The notes under the pieces: model-generated
The model's input: only the letters and a program-made list of their open reading frames with translations
Told to the model about the DNA's origin: nothing
Database searches by the model: none
Shown here: piece after piece, positions 38,792 to 50,940 of the stretch
Layout: every line of letters starts with the position of its first letter
How positions within the stretch are numbered: the stretch's first letter is position 1
Source of the DNA: Heptranchias perlo
Lineage: Eukaryota
Assembly: GCF_035084215.1 (NCBI RefSeq)
Contig: NW_027139666.1
Location: 2,232,001-2,296,000 of the forward strand
DNA length: 64,000 nt
Direction of reading: 5' to 3'
Translations under genes and position numbers: made by a program

Positions 38792-41700
38792 TGAACTTTT
38801 CCCGCAGAGCGGCAGTGGACCTGAGAGTAGAAGACTGAGATTGTGGAATAAAAGCAGCAGCAGACCTGCAACAAGAGACAACTACTGTGCGACATCACAG
38901 GTGAGGCAGGAGAGTCCGAGAGGTGAGCCGAGTATAAAAGGGGAGACCTAGAGCGGGAAGAGAGTCTAAGAGTCGAAGGCACGTCATGGCAGCACAGCTC
39001 GCACCCGTTATATGCTCCTCCTGCACTATGTGGGAAGTCATGGACACTACCAATGTCCCTGGCGACCATGTGTGCTGGAAGTGTGTCCAGCTGCAGCTAC
39101 TGGCTAACCGTCTTTCGGAGCTGGAGCTGCGGGTGGATTCACTTTGGAGCATCCGCGATGCTGAGACTATCGTGGATAGCACGTTCAGTGAGGTGGTCAC
39201 ACCGCAGGTAAAGAAAACGCAGGCAGAAAGGAAATGGGTGACCGCCAGGCAGAGTAAAAGGACTAGGCAGGTAGAGCCGGAGTCCCCTGGGGCCGTCTCC
39301 CTCTCAAACAGATATTCTGCTTTGGATACTGTTGAGGGAGATGGCTTATCAGGGGAAAGCAGCAAGAGCCAGGTTCGGGGCACCACGGGTGGCTCTGCTG
39401 CACAGGAGGGGAGGAAGAAGAGTGGCAGGGCTTTTGTGATAGGGGATTCAATTGTAAGTGGAACAGATAGGCGTTTCTGCGGCCGCAAACGTGACTCCAG
39501 GATGGTATGTTGCCTCCCTGGTGCTAGGGTCAAGGATGTCACCGAGCGGCTACAGGGCATTCTGGAGGGGAAGGGTGAACAGCCAATAGTCGTGGTCCAT
39601 ATTGGTACCAACGACATTGGTAAAAAAAAAGGGATGAGGTCCTGCAGGGTGAATTTAAGGAGTTAGGAGATAAATTAAAAAGCAGGACTTCAAAGGTAGT
39701 GATCTCAGGATTACTACCGGTGCCACGTGCTAGTGAGTATAGGAACAGGAGAATAGACAGGATGAATGCGTGGCTGCAGGGAAGGTGTAGGAGGGAGGGA
39801 TTTAGATTCCTGGAACATTGGGACCGGTTCTGGGGAAGGTGGGACCTGTACAAGCGTGACGGGTTACACCCGAGCAGGACCGGGACCAATGTCCTCGCGG
39901 GGGTGTTTGCTAGTGGTGTTGTGGAAGGTTTAAACTTGAGTGGCAGGGGGATGGGAACCTCAGCGGGGAGTCAGAAGGGAATAAAGAAGAGAGCAGCAAG
40001 AGAGGGGAAGACCCAGGGGAAATCTACAATACAAATAGTACAAACAGTTGTTCAAGAACAAGTGAAAGGCAAAAGCATACAGCAGCGGAAAGAAAGTGTA
40101 CTTTAGGCACTTTAGGCACGACAGATAAAATGAAAACTAGAAGGCGTAAGGCGATTAACCCAGCATCAAAGCTGTGGCAGGGGGTTGGGAACCTGAGCAG
40201 GGAGACAGAGGAAAGCGTATCAGGAAGCGACAGAAGGTATGGAGTAAAAGCTAAAGTGTTAAAAAAGGAAAAAGCAGGAACTAAGTGTCACAAAACATAT
40301 TTGGAAGTTTTTTATCTGAATGCACGTAGCATTCGTAACAAAATGGACGAGTTAAAGGCACGAATAACGACGTATGGGTATGATCTTGTGGCCATTACAG
40401 AAACATGGCTGCAGGGTGACAACGACTGGGAATTAAATATGCCAGGGTATTTAACAATTAGGAAGGACAGCAGGAAGGAAGGGGAGGTGGGGTGGCTATG
40501 TTAATAAGGGAAGGAATCACTGTAATACAGAGAAAAGATATTGGGACAAAGGATCAGGATAATGAAACAGTTTGGGGAGAGATAAGGAATAATAAGGCGA
40601 AAAAAACACTCGTGGGCGCGATATATAGGCCTCCTAATAGTTGCAACTCTGCTGGAAGAAGGGCATGTAACAAGGGAACAGCTATAATTATGGGGGATTT
40701 TAACTATCATATTAACTGGACAAATCAATTTGGGCAGGGTAGCCTTGAGGAAGAGTTTATTGAGTGTATTCGGGATGGATATGTTGAGCAGTATGTAACT
40801 GAACCTACAAGGGGGCAAGCAACCTTGGACCTGGTCCTGTGTAATGAGACAGGATTACTTAATAATGTCCTCGTTAAGGATCCCCTTGGAATGAGTGACC
40901 ACAACATGGTTACATTCCATACGCAATTAGAGGTTGAGAAGGTTGGTTCTCAAACAAGCGTACTGGGCTTGAATAAAGGAGACCATGATGGTATGAGAGC
41001 GGAATTGATTAAAGTGGACTGGGAAAATGGTTTAAAGGGTAAGACGATACATGAACAGTGGTGTTCATTTCAGGAGTTATTTTACAACTTTCAAAAAATA
41101 TATATTCCACTGAGGAAAAAAGGGTGTAAAAGAAATGACAGCCATGCGTGGCTAAGTAAAGAAATTAAGGATAGTATCCGACTAAAAACAAGGACATATA
41201 AGGTAGCCAAACTAAGTGGAGGATAGAAGATTGGGAAGTCTTCAAAAGACAGCAAAAAGTAACGAAAGGATTGATTAAGAAAGGGAAGATAGATTATGAA
41301 AATAAATTAGCAAAAAATATAAAAACAGATAGCAAGAGTTTCTACACTTATATAAAAAGAAAAAGGGTGGCGAAGGCAAACAGAGGTCCTTTAGAGGATG
41401 AGACCGGGAAACATGGAGATGGCAAAAATGCTGAATACATATTTTGTTTCAGTCTTTACGGTAGAGGACACTAAGAATATCCCAACACTGGACAAACAGG
41501 GGGCTCTCGGGGGGGAGGAGCTAAATACGATTAAAATCACTAAGGAATTGGTACTCAGTAAATTAATGGGACTCAAGGCGGATAAATCCCCTGGACCTGA
41601 TGGCTTACATCCAAGGGTCTTGAGGGAAGTGGCAGTAGGGATTGTGGATGCTTTGGTAATAATTTTACAAAATTCTCTGGACTCGGCAAAGGTCCCGGCA

Positions 41701-43182
41701 GATTGGAAAACTGCTAATGTAACACCCTTATTTAAAAAGGGTATTAGGTAGAAGGCTGGAAATTATAGACCAGTTAGCCTAACATCTGTGGTGGTTAAAA
41801 TTTTGGAGTCCATTATTAAGGAGACAGTAGCGGAACATTTGGATAAACATAATTTAATAGGACAAAGTCAGCATGGCTTTACGAAGGGGAAGTCACGTCT
41901 GACGAATATGCTTGAGTTCTTTGAGGATATAACGTACAGGGTGGATAAAGAGGAACCAGTGGACGGAGTGTATTTGGACTTCCAGAAGGCATTCGACAAG
42001 GTGCCACATAAAAGATTATTGCTCAAGATAAAGAATCACTGGATTGGGGGTAATATTCTGGCATGGGTGGAGGATAGGTTATGTAACAGGAAGCAGAGAG
42101 TTGGGATAAATGGTGCATTCTCGGACTGGCAACCTGTAGCCAGTGGTGTTCCGCAGGGGTAGGTGCTGGGTCCCCAACTCTTTACAATCGATATTAACGA
42201 TTTGGAGGAGGGGGCCGAGTGTAACATATCAAAGTTTGCAGATGATACAAAGATGGGAGGGAAAGTAGAGTGTGAGGAGGACATAAAAAACCTACAAGTG
42301 GAGAGAGACAGGCTGGGTGAGATATGTCAGATGCAATACAATATTGGAAAATGTGAGGTTATGCACTTTGGCAGGAAAAATCGGAGAGCAAGTTATTATC
42401 TTAATGGCGAGAAATTGGAAAGTACTGAAGTACAAAGGGATTTGCCGGTCCCAGTGCAAGAACATCAAAAAGTTAGTCTGCAGGTACAGCAGGTGATCAA
42501 GAAGGCCAACGGAATGTTGGCTTTTCTTGTTAGGGGGATAGAATATAAAAACAGGGAGGTATTGCTGCAGTTATATAAGGTATTGGTGAGACCGCACCTG
42601 GAATACTGCATACATTTTTGGTCTCCATACTTAAGAAAAGACATACTTGCTCTCGAGGCAGTACAAAGAAGGTTCACTCGGTTAATCCCGGGGATGAGGG
42701 GGCGGACATATGAGGAAAGGTTGAGTAGATTGGGACTCTACTCATTGGAGTTCAGAAGAATGAGAGGCGATCTTATTGAATCATATAAGATTGTGAAGGG
42801 TCTTGATCGGGTGGATGCAGTAAGGATGTTCCCAAAGATGGGTGAAACTAGAACTAGGGGGCATAATCTTAGAATAAGGGGCTGCTCTTTCAAAACTGAG
42901 ATGAGGAGAAACTTCTTCACTCAGAGGGTAGTAGGTCTGTGGAATTTGCTGCCCCAGGAAGCTGTGGAAGCTACATCATTAAATAAATTTAAAACAGAAA
43001 TGGACAGTTTCCTCGAAGAAAAGGGAATTAGGGGTTACGGGGAGCGGGCAGGAAATTGGACATGAATTTAGATTTGAGGTTAGGATCAGATCAGATCAGC
43101 CATGATCTTATTGAATGGCGGAGCAGGCTCGAGGGGCCGATTGGCCGACTCCTGCTCCTATTTCTTATGTTCTTATGTTCTT
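38792..43182 (+). mobile_element. Near-full-length CR1 (HER1-like) LINE, ~4.4 kb, inactivated
   Basis: ORF1 from 38986: CxxC..CxxC zinc/leucine zipper, then SGNH esterase (GDS, HIGTND, DGLHP), frameshifted at an A run at ~39622. ORF2: APE (LNARS, ITETWL, YRPP, GDFN, SDH) and RT (PGPDG, DFQKAFDKV, GVPQG, KFADD) with stops and frameshifts. Tail is (TTCTTATG)n. Confidence 0.96.
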
Positions 43183-43410
43183 AAAGGGTAGTGGAAATCT
43201 GGAACTCTCTTCACTCCAAAAAGCTGTTGAGGCTGTGGGTCAATTGTAAATTTGAAAATTGAGATTGATAGATTTTTGTTCGGCCAAAGTATTAAGGATT
43301 ATTATACCAAGGAGGTTAGATAGAGTTAAGATGTAAATCAGCCATGATCTAATTGAATGGCGGAACAGGCTCGTGGGGCTGAATGGCCAACTCCTGTTCC
43401 GATGTTCCGA
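43183..43410 (+). mobile_element. 3' part of an older CR1 fragment split by the full-length element (5' part at ~38590-38791)
   Basis: AAAGGGTAGTGGAAATCTGGAACTC continues the sequence ending GGAAGCAAGTCTTC at 38791, followed by a CR1-type 3' UTR. Confidence 0.75.
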
Positions 43411-43494
43411 AATGCAGCCATCCGCAATAAGATTGTGGATGGCAAGGGCCTTGCTCACAAGTGAACGGACATCTGGAAGGAGATGCGGTGAGAG

Positions 43495-44755
43495 GAGGTG
43501 ACTGGTCAGTGAGTGTCTGCAAATGAAGCAGAAATGATAAACGGTCAGGGAGTGTCTGCAAATGAAGTAGAAATGTGACAGGTCAGGGAGTGTCTGTAAA
43601 TAAAGTAGAATGGGGACGGTCAGGGAGCGTCTGTCAATGAAGGAGAAATGGTGATTGGTTAGGACGTGTCTCTGAATGAAGTAGAAATGGGGACGTTCAG
43701 GGAGCGTCTGTCAATGAAGGAGAAATTGTGACTGGTCATGGAGTGTCCGTAAATGAAGGATAAATGGTGACTGGTCATGGAGTGTCTGTAAATGAAGGAG
43801 AACTGGTGACAGGTCAGGGAGTGTCTATAAATGAAGGAGGAATGGGGACGGCCAGGGAGTGTCTTTAAATGAAGGAAAAATGCTGACTAGTTAGGGAGTG
43901 TCTGTAAATGAAGGAAAAATGGTGACTGGACAGGGATTGTCTCTAAATGAACGATAAATGTTGCCGGGTGAGTAAGTGTCGACATGTGAATGAGAAACGG
44001 TGAAGGGTCAGGGAGTGTCGATAAATGAAAGAGAAATGGGGATGGGTCAGTGAATGTCTGTAAATGAAGAAGAAATGGTGATCAGTCAGGGAGTGTCTGC
44101 AAATGAAGGAAAAATTGTCTGATTATGGAGTGTCTGTAAATGATGGAAAAATAGTGTCTGGTTAGGGAGTGTCTATAAATGAAATCGAAATGGTGACAGG
44201 TCAGGGCGTGTCTATAAATGAAGGAGGAATGGTGACGGGTCAGGGCGTGTTTACAAATGCAGGTGAAATGGCATCTGTTAAGGGAGTATCTATAAATGGG
44301 AGAGGACATGGTGACAGGTCAGGGAGTGTCTGTAAATGAAGGAGAAACGGTGACGGGATAGGGAGTATCTATAAATGACGGAGAAATGGTGCAAGTTCAG
44401 GCAGAGTCTGTAAATGATGGAGAAATGGTGACTTGTCAGGCAGCGTTTGTAAATGACGGAGAAATAGTAACTGGTCAAGGAGTGTCTGTCAATGAAGGAG
44501 GAACGGTGTTTGGTCCGGGAGTGTCTGTGAATGCAGGAGAAATGTTGAGAGGTCAGGTAATGTCTACAAATGAAGAAGAAATAGTGATGGGCCAGGGAGC
44601 GTCTAATAATGAAGGAAAATGCTGACTGGTGAGAAAGAGTTTGTAAATGAAGGAGAAATGGCGAAGGTTCAGGGAGCGTCTATAAATGAAGGAGAAGTGG
44701 TGTTTGGTCAGGGAGTGTCTGTAAATGAAGGAGAAATGTTGACTGGTCAGGGAGA
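43495..44755. repeat. 39-bp minisatellite (~32 diverged copies)
   Basis: GGTCAGGGAGTGTCTGTAAATGAAGGAGAAATGGTGACT; GAGTGTC at 43741 and 43780. Confidence 0.92.
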
Positions 44756-44864
44756 TTCCGTCGCCAAATTTGGGAGATATTACATATGGACTGCTTACAG
44801 GCAGCTATAGGGAGGGACATAGTGTCGAAATGAGGGGCAGACCAGATACACACAGCAAGAGTGA

Positions 44865-45120
44865 GCATCTTCAGGAGAGGAGAGGGGAACCAGTGAGTGT
44901 CGAACTGAATCCAACCAGAGTCACCACCTTCAGGGGAGGAGAGGGAGGGGAACCAGTGAGTTTAGAACTGAATCCAGCCAGAGTCAGCACCTTCAGGGGA
45001 AGAGAGGGTGGGGGAGCAGTGAGTGTAGAACTGAACCTAGCCAGAGCAAGCACCTTCAGTGGAGGAGAGGGAATGGAACCAGTGAGTGTAGAACTGAAAC
45101 CAGTACGAGTCGGGATCTTC
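44865..45120. repeat. 63-bp tandem repeat (~4 copies)
   Basis: CACCTTCAG at 44925, 44988 and 45051. Confidence 0.9.
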
Positions 45121-45679
45121 AAGACAGAAAAATTAAAGAGAAGGAAAATTGTTGCAAGTTGTGCGATGGGTTTGCGTTTTAGCAGTCAGAGGAGGGTGAG
45201 TGTGCGGGACGGGGATTTACAGTCAGGGGGAATGAGCGAGTAGAATGTTTCATAGAAACTAGAATTACCTGTTCTGAATTTCTATTCCGTATTCACAGTG
45301 AGGACTTTTGTTATCTCCTTTTACAGGGTATTAGAAGGGGAGGATTTGCAGACGAGAAACGCAAACCAAACATCACGTCAAGATCTGACTCTATTCACCA
45401 GCACCTGAAGATTATCGGCCTTAAAATACAGGAGAAATGTTGATCTGTTCCATCTGTGGGAAAAGATTTCAAACATCACTGTGGCTGGAATAGCAGCGAG
45501 ACACACACACCCGAGTGAGAGTGTTCCAGTGCACTGACTGTGGAAAGAATTTTAACCAGTTACACAGCCTGAAAAAACATCGTACCATTCACAGTGGGGA
45601 GAAACCAGACAAATGTTCTCTGTGCAGACGAGACTTGTACTGATCGTCCAACCTGGAGAGACACGAGGACGCCTGCACC

Positions 45680-46774
45680 ATGGAGAAACCGTGGAAATGT
45701 GGGGACTGTGGGAGGGGATTCAGTTACTCGTCCCGGCTGGAAACTCATCGACACAGACACACCGGGGAGAGGCCGTTCACCTGCTCCGTTTGTGGGAAGG
45801 GATTCACTCAGTCATCCCACCTCATTGAACATCAACTTGTTCACACTGATAAGAGACTTTTAAAATGTTCTGTCTGTGAGAAGAACTTCAAAAGAAAAAG
45901 TGATCTGCTGACACACCAACGCATTCACAGTGGGGAGAGGCCGTTCACCTGCTCCGTGTGTGGGAAGGGATTCATTCAGTCATCCAACCTACTGACACAC
46001 CAGCGAATTCACACTGGGGAGAGGCCGTTCACCTGCTCCATGTGTGGGAAGGGATTCACTCAGTCATCCCACCTTATTGAACATCAACTTGTTCACACTG
46101 ATAAGAGACTTTTTAAATGTTCTGTCTGTGAGAAGAACTTCAAAAGAAAAAGTGATCTGCTGACACACCAACGTACTCACACTGGGGAGAGGCCGTTCAT
46201 CTGCTCCGTGTGTGGGAAGGGATTTACTCGGTCATCCAGCCCACTGACACACCAGCGAGTCCACACTGGGGAGATGCCGTTCACCTGCTCTGTGTTTGGG
46301 AAGCGATTCACTCGATCATCCCACCTCCTGAGACATCAGCAAGTTCACATCGGGGAGAGGCCATTCACCTGCTCCCTGTGCGGGAAGGGATTCGCTCAGT
46401 CATCCACCCTGCTGACACACCAGCGAGTTCACACTGGGGAGAGGCCGTTCACCTGCTCCGTGTGTGGGAAGAGCTTCACTCAGTCATCCACCCTGCTAAC
46501 ACACCAACGAGTTCACAGTGGGGAGAGGCCATTCACCTGCTCTGTGTGTGGGAAGGAATTCACTTGTTCATCCGGCCTGATTGAACACCAACTTGTTCAC
46601 ACTGATAAGAGACCCTTTAAATGTTCTAACTGTGAGAAGAGCTTTAAAAGAACATGGGATCTGATGAGACATGAACGTATTCACACCGGGGAGAGGACGA
46701 TCACCTGTTCCGTGTGTGGAATGCGATTCACTCAGTCATCATACCTGCTGAGTCACCAGCGAGTTCACATGTGA
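45680..46774 (+). CDS. C2H2 zinc-finger protein, 13 tandem fingers, no KRAB (364 aa)
   Basis: CxxC-x12-Hx3H repeats with TGERP linkers. Upstream intron 45196-45326 (GTGAGT...TTTTACAG). AATAAA at 46908-46913. Confidence 0.92.
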   Translation: MEKPWKCGDCGRGFSYSSRLETHRHRHTGERPFTCSVCGKGFTQSSHLIEHQLVHTDKRLLKCSVCEKNFKRKSDLLTHQRIHSGERPFTCSVCGKGFIQSSNLLTHQRIHTGERPFTCSMCGKGFTQSSHLIEHQLVHTDKRLFKCSVCEKNFKRKSDLLTHQRTHTGERPFICSVCGKGFTRSSSPLTHQRVHTGEMPFTCSVFGKRFTRSSHLLRHQQVHIGERPFTCSLCGKGFAQSSTLLTHQRVHTGERPFTCSVCGKSFTQSSTLLTHQRVHSGERPFTCSVCGKEFTCSSGLIEHQLVHTDKRPFKCSNCEKSFKRTWDLMRHERIHTGERTITCSVCGMRFTQSSYLLSHQRVHM

Positions 46775-47129
46775 CTGCAGGGATTGGATTCTGCTGTTAT
46801 TGCTGTATCCAGGACTAAACCATGTTCATTCTGACAGTTGGAGTTTGTTTCTGATGTTAATGACCCCCTTTTACTGGGCTGGAGTTTAGTATTCTGTACC
46901 ACTGTCAAATAAATCAGCTTTCTTTTAAACACAGTGTTTTTGACCTTCATATCTCGTTGATAAAAGAAACAGTTTGAGGACTTATGACGACGTGAGTGCA
47001 ATACGTCTTAGAACTGAGCTCCTCCACCTTTTTAAAAGATGGATCTACAAGATGTCCAAGTCTGACAGGACATAAAATTCTATTATATCACAGGGTCCAC
47101 TTCAATCAACCTGAGCAGGTTTCCACTCT

Positions 47130-48430
47130 CCTTGTGTGAAAAAGAGCTTCCTGATTTCAATCCTAGACGCCCTAGCTCTAAATTTAAGGCTATGCCCTCT
47201 TGTTCTGGATTCCTCCACCAGAGAAAATAGTTTCTTTTTCTACCCTATCGAATCCCTTTATTATTTTATATCCCTGGATCAGATCACTCCTCATACATCT
47301 AAACTCAAGGGAATGCAAAACCAAGTTTATGCAACCGGTCCTCATAATTGAACACTTCAATGCCCAGTATCATTCTGGTGAATCTGCACTGTCCTCCCTC
47401 CAAGGCCAACATATCCTTGGTGAGGATCAGTACTCCAGATGGGCTCTGACCAAGGCTCTGTAGAACTGAAGCATCACTTCCTTCCCTTTGTAATTCCAAC
47501 ACTGGAGATAAATGCCATTTGTCTGTGGTTGCTTTTTGCATCTGTGCACTAGCCTTTAGTGATTTGTGTCCATGGACACCCAAATCCCTTTGCTCCTTCA
47601 CCATTCCCAGTCTCTCACTTTCAGAAAATACTCCAATGTTTCCTTTTTGCTTCCATATTGAATGATCTCACACTTCCCCACATTGAACTCCATCTGCCAC
47701 AGTTTGTCCATTCGCTTAAACTTTCCCTTTGTAACTTCCTGCTTCCATCTACACAACTTACTGCACTTCATAACTAAGTGTCATCTGGAAACTTGGACCT
47801 ATTACTCTCTATTGATTCATCCAAGTTATTGATAAATATGGTGGAAAGCTGAGGCCCCAGTACAGATCCCTGGGGACACCACCAGTCATATCCCGCCAAT
47901 GAAAGAACATTCCCTTTCTCCTTACTCTTTTCTCCGACCTCCCAACCAATTCCAACCCAAGTCACAAGGTCACTTTCAATTTTGTGCCTTTTATTTATTC
48001 TATTAATCTCTTGTGCTGAACCTTTTCAAATGCTTTCTGTAAGTCCATATAGAAAACCTTCATAGACACTCCTCTGTCCACCTTGTTAGATTCCTCAACA
48101 AATCCAACTAAATTAGACAGACATGACCTGCCCTTCACGAATCCAAGTTGACTCTCTTTGACCAGCTCATTTTGTCTCTCATGATAGGTTTAAGTAAGTT
48201 CCCCACAACCGACGTTAAAATGACAAGTCTGTATTGTCCTGGTTTCTCCCTCCCTCCTTTCTTAAATAAACGGAGTGACATGTTCAACATTCATATCCAA
48301 AGGCACAATTCCTGAGTCTGGAGAGCTTTGGGAAATTATGATGAATGCATCTGCAATTTCCCCACCTGTTTCCTTTAAAACTCTGGGGTGGAAACCGTCA
48401 GGTCCTGGAGATTTCATTCTTAGTTTGCAG
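47130..48430 (-). mobile_element. Old CR1 LINE RT/3' fragment
   Basis: Minus ORFs [38 protein letters not shown] and EQRDLGVH. Confidence 0.82.
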
Positions 48431-48441
48431 TTATTTATTGA

Positions 48442-48697
48442 TCTGACTGTGTATAACAGGACTGAATGTCCCAGCACTGAGTGTGTGTATAACAGGACTG
48501 AATGTCCCAGCACTGACTGTGTCTATAACAGGACTGAATGTCCCAGCACTGACTGTGTCCATAACAGGACTGAGTGTCTTAGCACTGACTCTGTATATAA
48601 CAGGACTGAGTGTCTTAACACTGACTCTGTATATAACAGGACTGAGTGTCCAAGCACTGACTGTGTGTTATACAGGACTGAGAGTCCGAGCACTGAG
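48442..48697. repeat. 36-bp minisatellite (~7 copies)
   Basis: GTATAACAGGACTGAATGTCCCAGCACTGACTGTGT; GTATAAC at 48451 and 48487. Confidence 0.92.
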
Positions 48698-48719
48698 GGT
48701 GGCGAGACATGCGGTTGTC

Positions 48720-48915
48720 GGTGGAGATTAAATCGGTTGCAGGGGATTACAGAGATAGGGTGGGGGTGAGGGCCATGGAGGGATTTGAACACGAGGATTG
48801 TAGGGCTGGAAGAGGTTGCAGAGATAGGGAGGGGGTGAGGGCCATAGAGGGATTTGAAGACGAGAATGAGAATTTTAAAATCGAGGCATTGCCACACCGG
48901 GAGCCAATGTAATAG
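48720..48915 (-). mobile_element. L2-type LINE 3' ORF2 fragment with a local duplication
   Basis: LHWLPVWQCLDFKILILVFKSLYG motif typical of the L2 ORF2 C-terminus. Confidence 0.7.
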
Positions 48916-48984
48916 AACACGAACAGAGCAAGACACACACAGAGGTCTCACAACAGAGCATGGACGGTCTCAAGGACCACCTCC

Positions 48985-49595
48985 CTCCAGGGGTCACGAT
49001 ACCTCCATCGCGGGTTCGTGGTCACACCATCCCGGGGTTGCGGTCCCTCCGTCCCTGGGGTCGTGGTCCCCCCGTCCCTGGGGTCACGGTCCCTCCATCC
49101 CGGGTTCACGGCCCCTCCCTCCCGGTGTCGCGGTCCCTCCGTCCGCGGGGTCACAGTCCCCCCATCCCTGGGGTCGCAGTTCCTCCATCCCGGGGTCGAC
49201 GCCCCGCTGTCCCAGGATCGCGGTCCCACCATCCCGGGGTCGCGGTCCCTCCATCCCCGGGTCTCAGTCCCACCGTTCCAGGGTCTCGGTCCCTCCATCC
49301 CGGGGTCTCGGTCCCACCGTCCCGGGTTCGCGGTCCCTCCATCCCGGGGTCTCGGTCCCACCGTCCCGGGGTCGCGGTCCCTCCGTCCCGGGGTCTCAGT
49401 CCCACCGTTCCAGTGTCTCGGTCCCTGCATCCCGGGGTCTCGGTCCCACCATCCCGGGGTCGCGGTCCCTCCGTCCCGGGGTCTCAATCCCACCGTTCCA
49501 GGGTCTCGGTCCCTCCATCCCGGGGTCTCGGTCCCTCCATCACGGGGTCTCGGTCCCACCGTCCCGGGGTCTCGGTCCCTCCGTCCCGAGGTTTG
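48985..49595. repeat. 22-bp GC-rich minisatellite (~28 copies)
   Basis: CCCGGGGTCTCGGTCCCTCCAT and variants. Confidence 0.92.
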
Positions 49596-49599
49596 CGAC

Positions 49600-49990
49600 C
49601 CCATGAACGCCAATCGTGCCTGAAGTCGGAGGAGCTGTTGACCGGACCGGCCTCACTGCGCCATTCCAAGGCTCCGGAGCCCAGGCCATTTCCAGATGCG
49701 GACCCTCCCTCTGTCGGTCTCGACCCCGCCCACAGCAGCGGCCCTCCGACCGCCGACCCGAGGCCGCCATCATAATCCTCCCGGGACGCGCCTGTTGCTA
49801 AAGCAACGCGGCACAGGGACCGCGCGGCGTCCCTCGGGCCGGAGATGCATGTCCGCATCGCGATGTCAGCGCGCAAAGGTGAGAGACGGTACCGCGTGTC
49901 ACGTGATAGGAGGAGTCAGCCCAGGACGCAGGCGGGCGGAGGTGAGGGCTGTCAATCAAAGGGCCCGGAGTCAGCACTCACTGCGCACAG
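49600..49990. promoter_or_regulatory. CpG-island promoter-like region
   Basis: CpG dense. YY1-like GCCGCCAT at ~49763, E-box GTCACGTGA at ~49898, TCGCGA. No associated coding exon identified. Confidence 0.5.
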
Positions 49991-50464
49991 GGTTTGGAGA
50001 ATTTGTTCAAAAATAAAAATAGAAATGTACAAAAAAGTGGATAATGTCCAAACTCACATAAGGCTAATGGTCTGGGTCCTCCTGTCACTCTCAATCTTCT
50101 CTACCTGGGGCACAGAATGAGCAGAATGCTTGAATATATATTTTTTAATGCAGAGGGGGCTGGATGTATGGAATGGACCAGCAAGGGAGGCAGTGGGGCC
50201 TGATTGTATCAGCAAATTCCAGAGTTGGGAAAGTACCTGATAGCGGTACCTTGGGATATGACAGCCTAGAAATTGGGATCTTTCATTCATTTTTTACACT
50301 TGTGCACTTATTTTTATTGATTGCTGTACCTGGACACGCAAACCCCTCTGCTCCTCCACAGTCCCTCGTTTCTCACCCTTAAGAAAATACTCCCTATTTC
50401 AAACCTGATGCCTGCAATAAATGATATTTGTATAACTTCCAACATCTTTACGATAAGAACTGGA

Positions 50465-50940
50465 ACTTTTTTTTTAATATTTCAAAAAATACTTTATCTC
50501 ATAAAATTCATGAATAGACACAGTGCAATGTAAATATTACAATTACAATTCAAAACAAATACAATACACATCATACGATTCCATTATTACAAGTCAAAAC
50601 ACATTAAATTTCTTCTAACACATGCTGTACAATACAAGGTGGGATAGCCTTACACGGTTGCCTTTCCCCATAAAGCCTTTGTGTAGGCCGCACCTCGCTT
50701 CAGTGTGCACCTCAGCATGAAATACTGGACCTTGGATTGTGCCAGTGGCCAACACTTGGCCGCGGAGAGTTCCCTCGGCTGGAAGACCTGCAGGTTTCGG
50801 GGGAACAAAAGGCCTCCTTGACCGAATTGATGGTCTTCCAGCAGCTGTTGATATCTGTCTCGTTGTGCATCTTGGACAACTGCCCATAGAGGACAGCGAC
50901 CTGTGTTACCGAGCTGTTGGGGATAAACTCCTCTTCGACA
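50465..50940 (-). mobile_element. Tx1/L1-clade LINE 3' end
   Basis: Minus strand LAQSKVQYFMLRCTLKRGAAYTKALWGKATV* followed by an AT-rich UTR and an A-tail at ~50467. Family assignment is from recall. Confidence 0.6.

Noticed and set aside
44770-45243. 157-aa ORF as an N-terminal exon of the ZNF protein
   Set aside because: Built from the 63-bp repeat. Splicing 45195>45327 is out of frame with the fingers and hits a stop.
48854-49775. Overlapping 200-270-aa Pro/Arg/Gly-rich ORFs
   Set aside because: Arise from the GC-rich 22-bp minisatellite, which lacks stop codons.
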